Origin: Chrysomallon squamiferum
Lineage: Eukaryota; Animalia; Mollusca
Direction of reading: 5' to 3'
Length of the DNA stretch: 64,000 nt
Assembly (NCBI GenBank): GCA_012295275.1
Contig: CM022674.1
Location: 16,492,001 to 16,556,000 of the forward strand
The position numbers and the translations under genes were made by a program. The notes beneath the pieces were generated by a model, which saw only the letters and a list, made by a program, of their open reading frames with translations, made no database searches and was not told the origin of the DNA. Shown in pieces: positions 1-11,420 of this stretch (positions within the stretch are counted from its first letter, which is position 1; each line of letters opens with the position of its first letter).

Positions 1-1108
1 CAATGTGAAATATCGGTTTCAGCAGTTTAAACTAATATATATAAGAGATTGTGGCATCGGTTCCAGCAACACCAAACAGCACGTGACCGTCCCAGATCAG
101 GTAGACCACGTGTAACCACCAGGGCCCAGGACCGCTACATACGGGTACGTCATCTACGGGAAAGAACCACCACGGCTATCTCTAGTGCTTCAGCAATACC
201 AGGTCTACATAGAATATCGGCTCAGACAGTGCGCAATCGTTTACGTGAGGCAGGTATTCGAGCCAGACGGCCTGTAAGAAGAGTGGTTTTGACTCAACAA
301 CATTGTCGACTACGACGTCAGTGGTGTCAAGTGCACAGAGTCTGGCCTCAATTACGATGGAAAACTGTCTGTTTAGTGACGAGGCTTGATTTCTGCTTCG
401 TCGAGCTGATGGAAGATGTCGAGTTTACAGACGTCGTGGTGAACGTTTTGCTGCAAACTGCATACAGGAAGCGAACAGATTTGGCGGTGGTAGTGTGATC
501 GTGTTGGCAGCAATCTGATACACTGGCAGGACCAACCTAGTTCACATCCAAGGCAACTTAACGGCACAGAGATACCGAGATGAAATTGTGCAGCTACATG
601 TCGCTCCAATTATGAATAATGGTAACTCTGTATTCCAGCACGAAAATGCGAGACCACATATAGCCAGACTCACAACAGCTTACCTACACAACAATAACAA
701 TCAGGTCCTGCCCTGGCCCTCTAAATATCCGGATCTGAACCCTATAGAGAATTTATGGGACGAGTTGGATAGACGACTGAGGCAGCATCAACTTCAGCCA
801 CAGAATCGTGCTCAGTTGGCATTATTATTACAGACAGAGTGGGCCACCATTCCACAAGGTGTAATTCGTAATGTCATTACGGCCATGGCAAGGAGATCTC
901 AGGCAGTTCTGGACTCCCATGGTGGGCACACAAGGTATTGATATTATACTGTTATAACCTTGAACTTTAACCTTTTCAATGTAATACCGTCAATATTAAT
1001 GAATTGCGAAAGTGTGTGTAAAATGTGAACATTCTGCTGCTTTCTGTCGTCAATTAGATATATTCCCAGTGTCAGTAAAATCTACTTTTCCGTTTCTTTT
1101 TTGGGAGA

Positions 1109-1112
<4 letters not shown>
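1..1112 (+). mobile_element. Tc1/mariner DNA transposon, 5'-truncated by the window edge, transposase inactivated
   Basis: ORF 49..498 has the Tc1 DNA-binding region (DRPRSGRPRVTT, SAQTVRNRLREAGIRARRP). After a frameshift near 370 the frame reads FSDEA*FL..GGGSVIV..FQHENARPH..WPSKYPDLNPIENLW..GGHTRY* (to 941): a DD34E-type core with two in-frame TGA and the second D changed to E. It ends in a TIR-like tccgtttcttttttgggagaaTA at ~1089-1112, followed by (TA)n(CA)n. Confidence 0.93.
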
Positions 1113-1143
<31 letters not shown>

Positions 1144-1244
1144 TATCTAATATAACTGCCGCACCACGTATATTTTTTCAGTATCATATCTGAATAATAA
1201 ATAAATAAATCTAATGAAAGATATAGAATTATTTTGTGCTAATG

Positions 1245-1450
1245 TGTAAGCGCAAAATGCCATAGCCGGAAGTTGCGTCCAGTTTGCCATCATTTGGAAC
1301 GTAATGCACAGTATCCGGAAGAAAGCGAAGCAATAACAGAGAATTAGTTGCACAGGAAATGAAAGTAGAAATTTCCAAAAGATCAGGTAAGCTGATTTTC
1401 TGAAAGTTTTATTACGCTGATTGATCATATCAGACGATAAAACAAGGTAA
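1245..1450 (+). promoter_or_regulatory. Putative promoter and non-coding first exon of PARP copy 1
   Basis: ETS-type CCGGAAGT at 1266-1273. Splice donors cag/GTAAGC (1387) and aag/GTAAGA (1447). The block is conserved in the paralogous region 47586-47780 (CCGGAAGT 47601-47608, donors 47717 and 47774). Confidence 0.55.
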
Positions 1451-1634
1451 GAACAGTCTGCACTCTTGCAGGCATGTATCTGATTTTTATTATTATTATT
1501 CTACGCCCTCTCCACAAGAACGAGCTGGCTTCATGTCGATCTTAGCACCGGCACGGACGAAATGGCTCTACGGTTATGTGAAACTATATACTGTTTAAAA
1601 TGATTATGTCATTGATCTTGTTGTTATTCATGTT

Positions 1635-1672
<38 letters not shown>

Positions 1673-2437
1673 AAAACACACACACACACACAGACACACA
1701 CACACACACACACATATATATATGTAAAGGTTTTATCAGTTTGAGTTCTATTTGTAAAATTCTATCTGCTAAACATTCATCCTCTTTCTTGTACATGTTT
1801 AAATTCACCGAAAATAAAATTATAAACATAAAACTAATATTTAAAAATTAATAAGGATAAAATGTTTTTTCCTTATATATATATATTATTTTCAGTGAAT
1901 TTAAACATGTACAAAAAGATGTTGAATGCTTATAAATAAAACTCAAAATGACCAAACTTTTGATAATTCAGTATCAAATGTATTTAAAAAAAAACAAATA
2001 AAACAAAACAGAAAAAACATTAAACCAAACAACAGTCACTGTTATATTTAATGATGAAACTACCATAGCTGATGAAGATTTAAGAGAAATCAGTGATTCA
2101 CTCTTTATATATTATTTCAGAAGTATGTCTCATTTTGATGAATTTGATGATACTGATGCCTTCGAAACAAGTGAGGGGTATCACCAAGATGATCTTCCAG
2201 AACATCAAGTCATCTGAACACAACCAGCGGGTGTTTTCAAAATTTCATATGAATCACTATAGTGTTCACAAACTTGAACAAATGCTTCTTTGCAAACTTA
2301 ATCAGATTCATCAACAGAATGAAGAAAGAGGTTCAAATGACTACAAAGCTCGTGATGAAAGCACACCACCAAAGAGCAGTACAGAGAGCAACACACCCAT
2401 ATATTCCGTGAAAACAAACCTGACAGTTCCACACAAG

Positions 2438-2750
2438 AAACAACTTGATGGGAACGTGAGAGAAGATCAACCTCAAATTTCACAACAAAAACAACTTCAG
2501 GCGAAGTTGAAAGGAGATTCACCTAAAAGTTCAGAGCAGAAATACCTTGACGTCAAAATGAAAATTTCAAGCCTGTTACTTTCACAGCAGAAACAACTTA
2601 ATGTGAAAGTGAGAGGAGACCCAAATCAAATTTCACAAAAGAAACAACTTGATATGAAAATGAAAGCAGATCCACCTCATATTTCAAGGCAGAAACAATC
2701 TGATGTGACACTGAAAACTGATCCAGTGCAAGTTTCACAACTTGATGTCA
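2438..2750 (+). repeat. Coding 51-bp (17-aa) tandem repeat in the PARP N-terminus, about 6 units
   Basis: KQLDGNVREDQPQISQQ / KQLQAKLKGDSPKSSEQ / KYLDVKMKISSLLLSQQ / KQLNVKVRGDPNQISQK / KQLDMKMKADPPHISRQ / KQSDVTLKTDPVQVS; caactt recurs at 2441 and 2492. Confidence 0.85.
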
Positions 2751-4319
2751 ATGACAGCTTTAAAGTAGTGAATAACAACAGTGAAATAGGAGGTCTGCTC
2801 TGTGAGAAATGTGTGTAGAGTCAGTGTGTAATACACTCAAATACATACAAACAAAGATACCTGCCTTACCAATGGCAGATGGAGATTTGTGACAAATGGG
2901 TCAGCTTTGACATGGTGGAGAATGAGATGATAGAGCAAAGTTTTTGTAGTCTGAAGTTAGATACAGGAATCATAAAGGTGAGTACAAAAACAACCAGACC
3001 TGATAAACTGAAATTTTATTGATATGTAATAAGGTTTAAGTTGAAGAACACTGATATAGCTGAATGTTGCTCTGCTGTTCTTTTCTTTCAGTGCACATCC
3101 TTAAGAAAGTACTACCCGCTGGATCAGTCATCCTTGGATCCTCATCTAACAAGCTCTTCTATTGATGAAGACGTACGTATTCAAAAATCATTTAAAAGAT
3201 AGTAGTTCATTAAGCCATCTGAGATAAATTTATGTGTAGAACTATACTATTTTTATTACTTACTACTGCACAACAAATATGTTAGAATGTCATAACTCTT
3301 AATCGTACTGCAATTGTACTATTACATTCTGTACCACTACTGATAATTTTATATTTCAGTTTTTGGTGACCAGTAAGTTTATGCCAATTGTTGTTGATTT
3401 TGACTTAATGAGAGCTTCTGTTTCTGTGCAACCGAGAAAGCTTGAGGTCAAAGTTCAGCGTCTTTCGACAGCATCGTATGTCACTGGACAAGAAGACAAC
3501 TTCACACAGCTGACACAGTGGTGTTGGTATTTTGAGGCAGGCCTCGGAAATTGGTTGCCTTATGAACCAGTGAATGTTAACTTTATTTTATTCTTTATCT
3601 TCTTTAGTCTTTTTTCACCAAAAAAAAAATAAAATAAGGAAAACAAAAAGACCTTAGCATTATATGTAAGAGAGATGTAAATTATTTTTTTTTGAAGTTT
3701 GTATGAACATAAAATAAAATGATATATAAAAAATAGTTCAAAGAAAATAATAGATTAGAAAATAAAAAGAAAAAAGAAAGAAAGAAGAGGTCAAAATCTT
3801 CATATGAATGCCTAAAACATGGTGTTTCTAATATATTACTAATTTGCATATCTCATATATCATACCCATGTGATATATCACCTGACACACACTACAGTAT
3901 TATATAAAACAGCATCTTGTTCTTATTATAGGAAAGTCTGCAGTATACTCTTGAAATGAAGTACTTGGCTGGGCAACCATTTTATACCTTCAAAACAGAC
4001 CAGTTTCAGTATGAAATAAAATTTAGCCAGATGACCCAAAGAAACCAGAAAACATTAAAACAAAGACGACTGCTGAGGAGACCTGCTTTTGTTTCCAGTG
4101 ATGATGTACAGAGACAAAAAAAAATGTAAGTACAAAAATATTGTACAACAAAAATAAATTAGAATTAAAATATTGTGTACCTCATATTCTCTTATTTTAC
4201 ATTTTAGATTTTAATATTGTCTATCTTTAACCTATATCTCATTATCCTATTTCATTTTCTAATAAACGTTATTTTTCTGCGATTCTTATTTTTAATCTCT
4301 GCTAATGAGTGTGTGTGCG

Positions 4320-4478
<159 letters not shown>

Positions 4479-5828
4479 TAATTTATTTTTATTACATAAC
4501 AAAATCTAGATTACACCCATGTCTTTCGTCCAAGAAGCCTGTACGTTCTGCCAGTCTCCCAGACAACTGGTGGCCTTTAGACTGTTACCAGCCAGTGGAA
4601 CTGGTGAAATTAAAACTTGATGACTTGAGCAAAGATGATGATGTGAAAACTTTGTTGAAATTATTTTTCTCTACCATGAACAAATCGAAATTCAAATTGA
4701 AATCTTTGTATCGCATCCAGAATCTACCAATGTGGGAAAAATACTGTAGGTAAGAGTCCTCATTTTATGACACTGTTTACATACAATGAAATATCCTATA
4801 TCAGTGATGGGTATTTAATCACTATGTACTCATTTAATAAATAATCAAGGATAGATATGTAATCGTTAAATAAATAATCAACGATAGATATTAAATGAAT
4901 ATTTTCAAGAGCTAATAAAATAAATGACAGATTTACAATATTTAAGGGTAGATATATTGAATATTTCAGTAGTGTTGGAAACAAACAATAGATTTCTAAT
5001 GCCAGCAATAGTAGATTCATTAATTTGTTAATTGGTGTTGACTGATAAAATGGTACAGATGAACATTTAAGCTCACTGTTTGTGTATTTGACATCCTCAA
5101 TCTGATGACTTCTTGAATAGCTTGGGTACTGATTACCTTTATTTTCTGTTCACTTTCTCCACTTATAGTTTTACTCTTACTTTTCTCCAATTTTACATTT
5201 TTTATTTTCATGTTGTATACTCATGTTTCTTTAACAATAATTAAGATTGATAAAACAGATAAAACAACTTTTAAAATCCAATACACGGTATATATTTTCA
5301 CTTAGAACTGAGGAACACGAATTTCGTTTCCACACATGCATGTGTTAGATGTTTAATTAATATATTCTAGCACTAATTAATTAAACGATTGATTTAGAAT
5401 TGGAAATGGTACATATTGGCTTTGCTTCAGTAGTTTGGGAAACAAGCAATGATTTCCACAGCCAGCAATAGAAAATTAATCAATTTCTTAAAATAAAATA
5501 TTTGTAGATAACTCATTCGTATCCATATACTGATTGTAAGTGGTTGGTACCAAAATAGTGATGATAGAAAATGTATCAGTTTGTTTGTGAAAGTAATAGT
5601 TACCATCCATCTGTTAAGGATTGAAAATTAATCACTCTATAGGAACAGTGATTATTAGAAATATATTTGATAACTAGCATTATGGAAGAGTTATAAAATT
5701 GTGACGCCTTAAGTAGCATCAATTATTATCCAATAAATTGTGACAGAAAATAAAATAATGTAAAATATATTACCTAATGAGCAGTAAGCAATAATATTTT
5801 TAAATATTATTTTTCTTTTCTTATGCAG

Positions 5829-6330
5829 CATGAGAAAAGTAATGTCGATGAAGAGGGATGATGAAGGAGATATTAATGAAAGATTTCTCTTTCATGGAAC
5901 AAGTGGTGACGTCAATGTCATACGTGGAATCTGCCACAACAACATCGATTTCAGACTGAACAGTAAACATGGAACAAAGTACGGAAAGGGAGCTTATTTC
6001 GCCCGTGATGCCAAATACAGCCACTGCTACACCACAGGACCACATTGCTTCATGTTCATTTCAAAGGTTCTTGTAGGCCAGTATGCAAAAGGTGAAAGTT
6101 CTTATTGCCGGCCTCCTTCTAGGAAAGGACATGTTCTTTATGATTCTTGTGTCGATGATGTAAATAATCCGTCCATTTTTGTAATCTTTGACACTTCACA
6201 GAGTTATCCAGTGTTTCTTCTTCTATATTCTGTGAAGAGCACACCAGAATTGTCTTCATCAAGCTCCTCAGTACCAGTTTTTGCTGGCCTCTTCTTCTGT
6301 CAGAAATACTCAACTAGACACTTCAGTTAG
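5829..6330 (+). CDS. PARP catalytic (ART) domain exon, open reading frame
   Basis: Acceptor ttatgcAG (5827-5828) is phase-2 compatible with the donor at 4750. ORF 5830..6330 has LFHGT, YGKGAYFA, KVLVG, YDSCVD, FVIF and YP motifs. Confidence 0.9.
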
Positions 6331-7279
6331 CAGTACAGCCAACATTCCAGTAAGATTTCACAGTTCTACTTCTACAGCAAATATTTCCAACACTCCACAA
6401 ATACCCACTTCACATAGGACACCAACCCCCTCTCGAATCCCTCCTCCACTCCCCCCTAGATCATTTCAAATTTCTACTTCTACAGCAAATGCTTCTACCA
6501 CTTCACCAGTATTTCACAGTTCTACTGCAAAAGCAAATACTTCCAACACAACACTAAGTTCAACTTCTACAGCAAATGCTTCCACCACAACACCAAGTTC
6601 TACTTCTACAGCAAATACTTCTACCACTTCACCAGTATTTCACAGTTCTACTTCAACAGCAAATGCTTCCAACACTTCACAAATACCCACTTCATATAAG
6701 ATTCCAGACCCCTCTCAAATCCCTCCTCCAGTTCCCTCTAAACCAGTTCACTGTTCTACTTCTACAGTAAATGATTGATGAAGTTCAACTGCTACAAATA
6801 CAGTTAACATATCAAACTGATGTGTGCTTCAGTGACATTTTCAAACACATTTACATTTCTCAAATGTTTTCTTTTAGAAAGAGTGCTGGTTGATACTTTA
6901 ATTTTCTTTTTAATTTATGTTGTTTGATATATTTCTTTTCTTATTATGCAGTGTAACCTTTATACATATTTGGTTCTCTAGGGCAGAGTTATCTTAACAC
7001 ACAAACACACTGAAAACTTGCACAGTGGTCACACTAACATAGGAGTCTCATGATAAACTAATATATACAACATTTGCTTGTACATATTAAAATATAAATC
7101 ATATGTATTCACCAATAATTATGTAATACATCTCTTATTGAAGTATTTTAGCATTTTACCATTTGATGTAGTACTATATAATTTTAAAATGAAACAAAAC
7201 AACAACAACAAATTTAGACAGGAAAGACATTCAAGCGATACGGATTATTTTACTATAATGAATATTGTGTTCTGACTGT

Positions 7280-7790
7280 ATTATAAATTTAAAGACAAAT
7301 TTAATATAATTTATACCATTCAAAAGGTCATTTCTTGAATAAATCATAATTTTTTTTTTTATCATCTTCATTATTATTTCTTAATGTTCTTGCTACTAAC
7401 AATTCTAATCTCGATTCGTTTCATCAAGAACGAGAAGTTTGCTATTTTACCGAACATGACTACGAGACTTACCTCCCTTGTACGATGCTGAAGCCCTTTC
7501 ATGCTGTAGATTCTTAAAATGAACCAAAGTTTCAGAGATCGCAACCGCCTGCTTTAAAGGTATTCCTCAGTGCTGATAAATGAACAAATTATTAATCAAT
7601 TAATTCATAAAGAATATTTCAGAAATATTGTTTGTTGTTTGCTTCTATAGAACTTACGATCCTGTAAAGATCAGGTACTTATAATTACATAAAGACTGGG
7701 CGAATAACAACAGTGGATGAAAAAAAGAAAATTAAACGACATTACAATATTTTAAAATTAAAGAAATGTCAGGCATATAATTCGATCTTA

Positions 7791-7880
<90 letters not shown>

Positions 7881-9130
7881 GTATAATTATAATACGAAGT
7901 AACAGTTAAAATAATATCAGGACTGCATGTTACTTAATTATTTGACTTGTAGACACCATTTATTATAATAATAATAATAATAATAATAACAAAAACAACA
8001 ACAACAACAACAAGAACCATATAAGTAGTAGATATAATGTGTTCTTCAGGTCCGGATTAAGACCCTGAAAGGCCCTAAGCACGAAAACATGTTGGTGCCC
8101 CATTGTAATTCAAAATATAAACAATAATAAACCATAAACCCCCAGAAAAAAACCCACAAGAAACTTATTTATTTTTCATTCACGTGCTTATTTTGCTTAT
8201 AGGGTTAATCCATCACTGGTGTTCTTAGAAATAAAACTTAATGATACCTTAAAAATCTTCCAGATTTGTTTACTTTTCATTCATTAGTGATGCCGCACTG
8301 GATATTTTGTTCGCAGAAACAGGAGATGATTTTATTCAGCTGCCAGAACCTACTTTTATTTATTAATGTGTGGAGCAAAAGCTAAGCCACGGACACAATG
8401 AATAATACAAACAGCATGCCGTGTGTCAACATATCTGACCTACTTTTGTTCAACTGATAACGATAGCAGGACTTTTCCTTCGATATCTTTCTTACGTCAT
8501 TATATCAGTATTTCAGATACATTTTTCATTCTGTGTATTTCAGAGAGGAAAGTGAATTATAACAGCAACAGTAACAACAGCAATAACAACAACAACAGCA
8601 ACAACAACAACAACTATAATTGAACTAAATAAATAATTCTGATACAGAGATCTGTTTCAGTATTTTAAACTAATATGAGATATTGCATATATATCTGAAA
8701 TAATTAACGTGCCTTTCAAGTAGTGTACACTCATTTACTATAAAGAATCATCTCTGAATAAATAAATGAATACATCTAAGGAATGATACACAATTACTTT
8801 ACGGCCTCTCTGCATGAACGATGTCGATCTGGCCGTATATCGATTTCAGCACGGGCATTAACAAAATCTATTTACATTTATGTGAGACGAGATACTGTTT
8901 ATAATGATTATATTATTAAACTTGTTAATATTCATGTTTATATACACATACAATAAAGGAAAAATACATTAAACAACAAAACAACAATAACCTTTGCGAT
9001 CAGTATCGATACAGTAGAGGAGACGTGAGTAGTTTCGGGTTAGGTTGACCTGGGACTAAAGGTCTCAAGTCCATCTAAAGATAAAACATGAGAACGTGTC
9101 ACTTTTCTATTCTGCAAGGTTTAATAACTA
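7280..9130 (+). repeat. Segmental duplicate of the PARP upstream region (paralog of ~46240-48190), with the promoter/first exon deleted
   Basis: Collinear matches such as aagaacgagaa.tttgctattt (7426 and 46388), gatcaggtact, gccac.gacac, and cagtatcg.tac. At ~8795 it jumps from 'caattact' to the sequence matching 1501-1640. Confidence 0.75.
8048..8260. mobile_element. Possible non-autonomous DNA transposon (hAT/MITE-like) end fragment
   Basis: Begins caggtccggattaagaccc..ggccctaagc, resembling CAGGGCCGGATT-type termini. It is absent from the paralogous 46.7-47.1 kb region. No partner TIR was found. Confidence 0.35.
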
Positions 9131-10049
9131 AATGAACATCATAATCCAAATATTGAAGATATCTTATTCAGCGATTTTGATTCCTTTTATCTTCACTTTC
9201 TATTAAATTCGTTCAGAATTTATTTGTCGTTTGATCTCCTTAAAACCAGCTCCCAGTACAATGAACAGAGACAAACGAACACACACACGGAATATACATC
9301 TTGTAATAAATAGGTCACGTCACAGGTAAGTTCAGATAACCCTCATACATTGTCAAGAGCTGGCCTTTATCATTATCTCATTTCGTATTTATGCTGTCAT
9401 TGTTCTGTTCTTTGTGCTCATTCCAGTGAGTAGTCCGAATCTCAGTTCCGATTCGGAGCTGAGGTAATATCTAACAAGTAATGTACGTGTCCGTTTTAAC
9501 TTGTCATGTCGGTCAGTTTTCGCAGTTTTTCTATTTACAGTAGAGTATACATAATTAGCTGTTTCACTTAAAAGCGGCCATGTTTTGTGGACGCAAGGAA
9601 AAGCAATCGATTGATCGTCTGCTCAGGTGCACATGCTGCGCATGCCTAGTAGCTACGATTCGTATCTGTTGCACCTGGCGTTATTCGCAATAATTCTACT
9701 TGCTTCGTTTATATTCAGCGAAATTTGTTGTAGTTACTTCTTAATTTGGCACTTAATGCACTATAGAAATAGAGATAGATACAGAGAGACAGGAAGACAG
9801 ATCACTGGTTGTAATTCTTGGCTGTTATTATTATTATTATTATTTTTATTATTATTATTATTATTATTAATATTGAATACACACTTTTTGTTTATCAGTA
9901 TCAATATCTTGACTAAGAAAACATTCCTGTAAACTGTAATTTTGTTTATTTATTTTCCTTTATTTCTCCAGGTAAAATTTCACATCGATTAAGCTAGTAC
10001 TATTGTCTGACATCAGCTGAGAAAGCTGTGGTATTCTCATTCCAGTTTC

Positions 10050-10248
10050 AGCTCAGAACAGAAGATAGAAGGAAGTCTCAGAACAGTTTTCGTCAGTGAA
10101 TAGTAATAGTCTCTCCATGGCGACCAGTTGATTCCTCCAGCAAATACATTATTGGTTCCATTGAGGTACAGACCGTTCAGATTGGCCGAATGACAGCTGT
10201 TGTACCAGCATTATAGATAGTCAGATAGATAGATAAATAGACAGATAA

Positions 10249-10291
<43 letters not shown>

Positions 10292-11420
10292 TTGTTTTTT
10301 CTACCTATACAAATACACTATTTTATCTACATATACAAATATATTACCTATCGATTTACAGTTATTGATTATATATGAATTTTAATATATTGTTAATAAT
10401 TAGTCTATTATTAATAAATGCATTATTTATCTGTATTTACCTGTTGTTATTTATCTGATATCAATTGAAAAATAAAAAACGCGTTTAAATTACCTGCATA
10501 TCCGCTGTATTTTTCAACTGATGAAACGATACTGAGAAACGTTTGTAGACAGCATTCTTCGTTTTTCTTTCAACATCTTCCAAGTCAGTTTTTAGATCGT
10601 AGTAACCCTGTCAGGTCAAACGATCTATGTTCTCAGTGCCTGGCAAGATAAATCAGATAGATAATCGACAAATCCATCGTTCAGTGACTCAGCAAATATC
10701 CAGATATTTTATTATTTATTTATTTATATATATATATGTATGTATTTGTTTGATTTACTTATGTATTTGTTTGTTTTATCCGGCTTCACAGATCTTACTG
10801 TCTCTATTCATAATTACCTCCATTCATAATTGTCAGAAGGAACACTTTATGTAATAATAATAAAACAACGATGATGATGTCAGTTGATAAATTCGGATGC
10901 AAAAATATGCATGCATTATCCTATAAAATAAAAGTATCTAAATGAATGCATATTTAAATAAACAATTAGACTTATAAACTCACATACATATGAAAACAAA
11001 TTTCACCTTTTTAAATTTTATCTGTGTAGTAGATTTGATTTATATATAAGAAAACAAATCAACCCTATCTTACCACAAGTTACTGTTTCTGGCTCGCTAA
11101 CAAACGAAAGAGAATTCAACGTTCCATTGTACTGAGAACAGATGCCGTTGCCGTTGTTATAGACGAAACCTCTACAGCCGACGTAGCTGAAACATTCATT
11201 GACGATGTAGTTGGAACATTCATTGACGAAGTAAGGTTAACTGGGCATGTTCAGTTAGTTCTTTTGAAGGATCAACTGCAGGTTTCTTATCGTTGTACTC
11301 TGGTAACTTTCGAAAAGTCTTGCGAGTACTGAGCTCAGTATTGGTAAAAGAAATAACGATTATCAGAAATGCGAAAAGACAACATGTTATCCCGTGCATT
11401 TCTTTCATTATCTGCTTTTT
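10050..11420 (-). pseudogene. PAN/Apple-FReD relic A
   Basis: Exon 1 ~11417..11074 is frameshifted (MKEMHGITCCLFAF..RKTFRKLPEY..ECSSYVGCRGFVYNNGNGIC). Only ~35 nt of exon 2 remains (10815-10850) and exon 3 is absent. Exon 4 10639..10494 has a deletion. The 3' half of exon 5 lies at 10209..~10070 (WYNSCHSANLNGLYLNGTNNVFAGGINWSPWRDYYYSL). Confidence 0.85.

Noticed and set aside
6776-6820. Three in-frame TGA codons read as selenocysteine or programmed readthrough
   Set aside because: No SECIS-like element was recognised and the tail is low-complexity. The gene has other lesions, so CGA-to-TGA decay is simpler.
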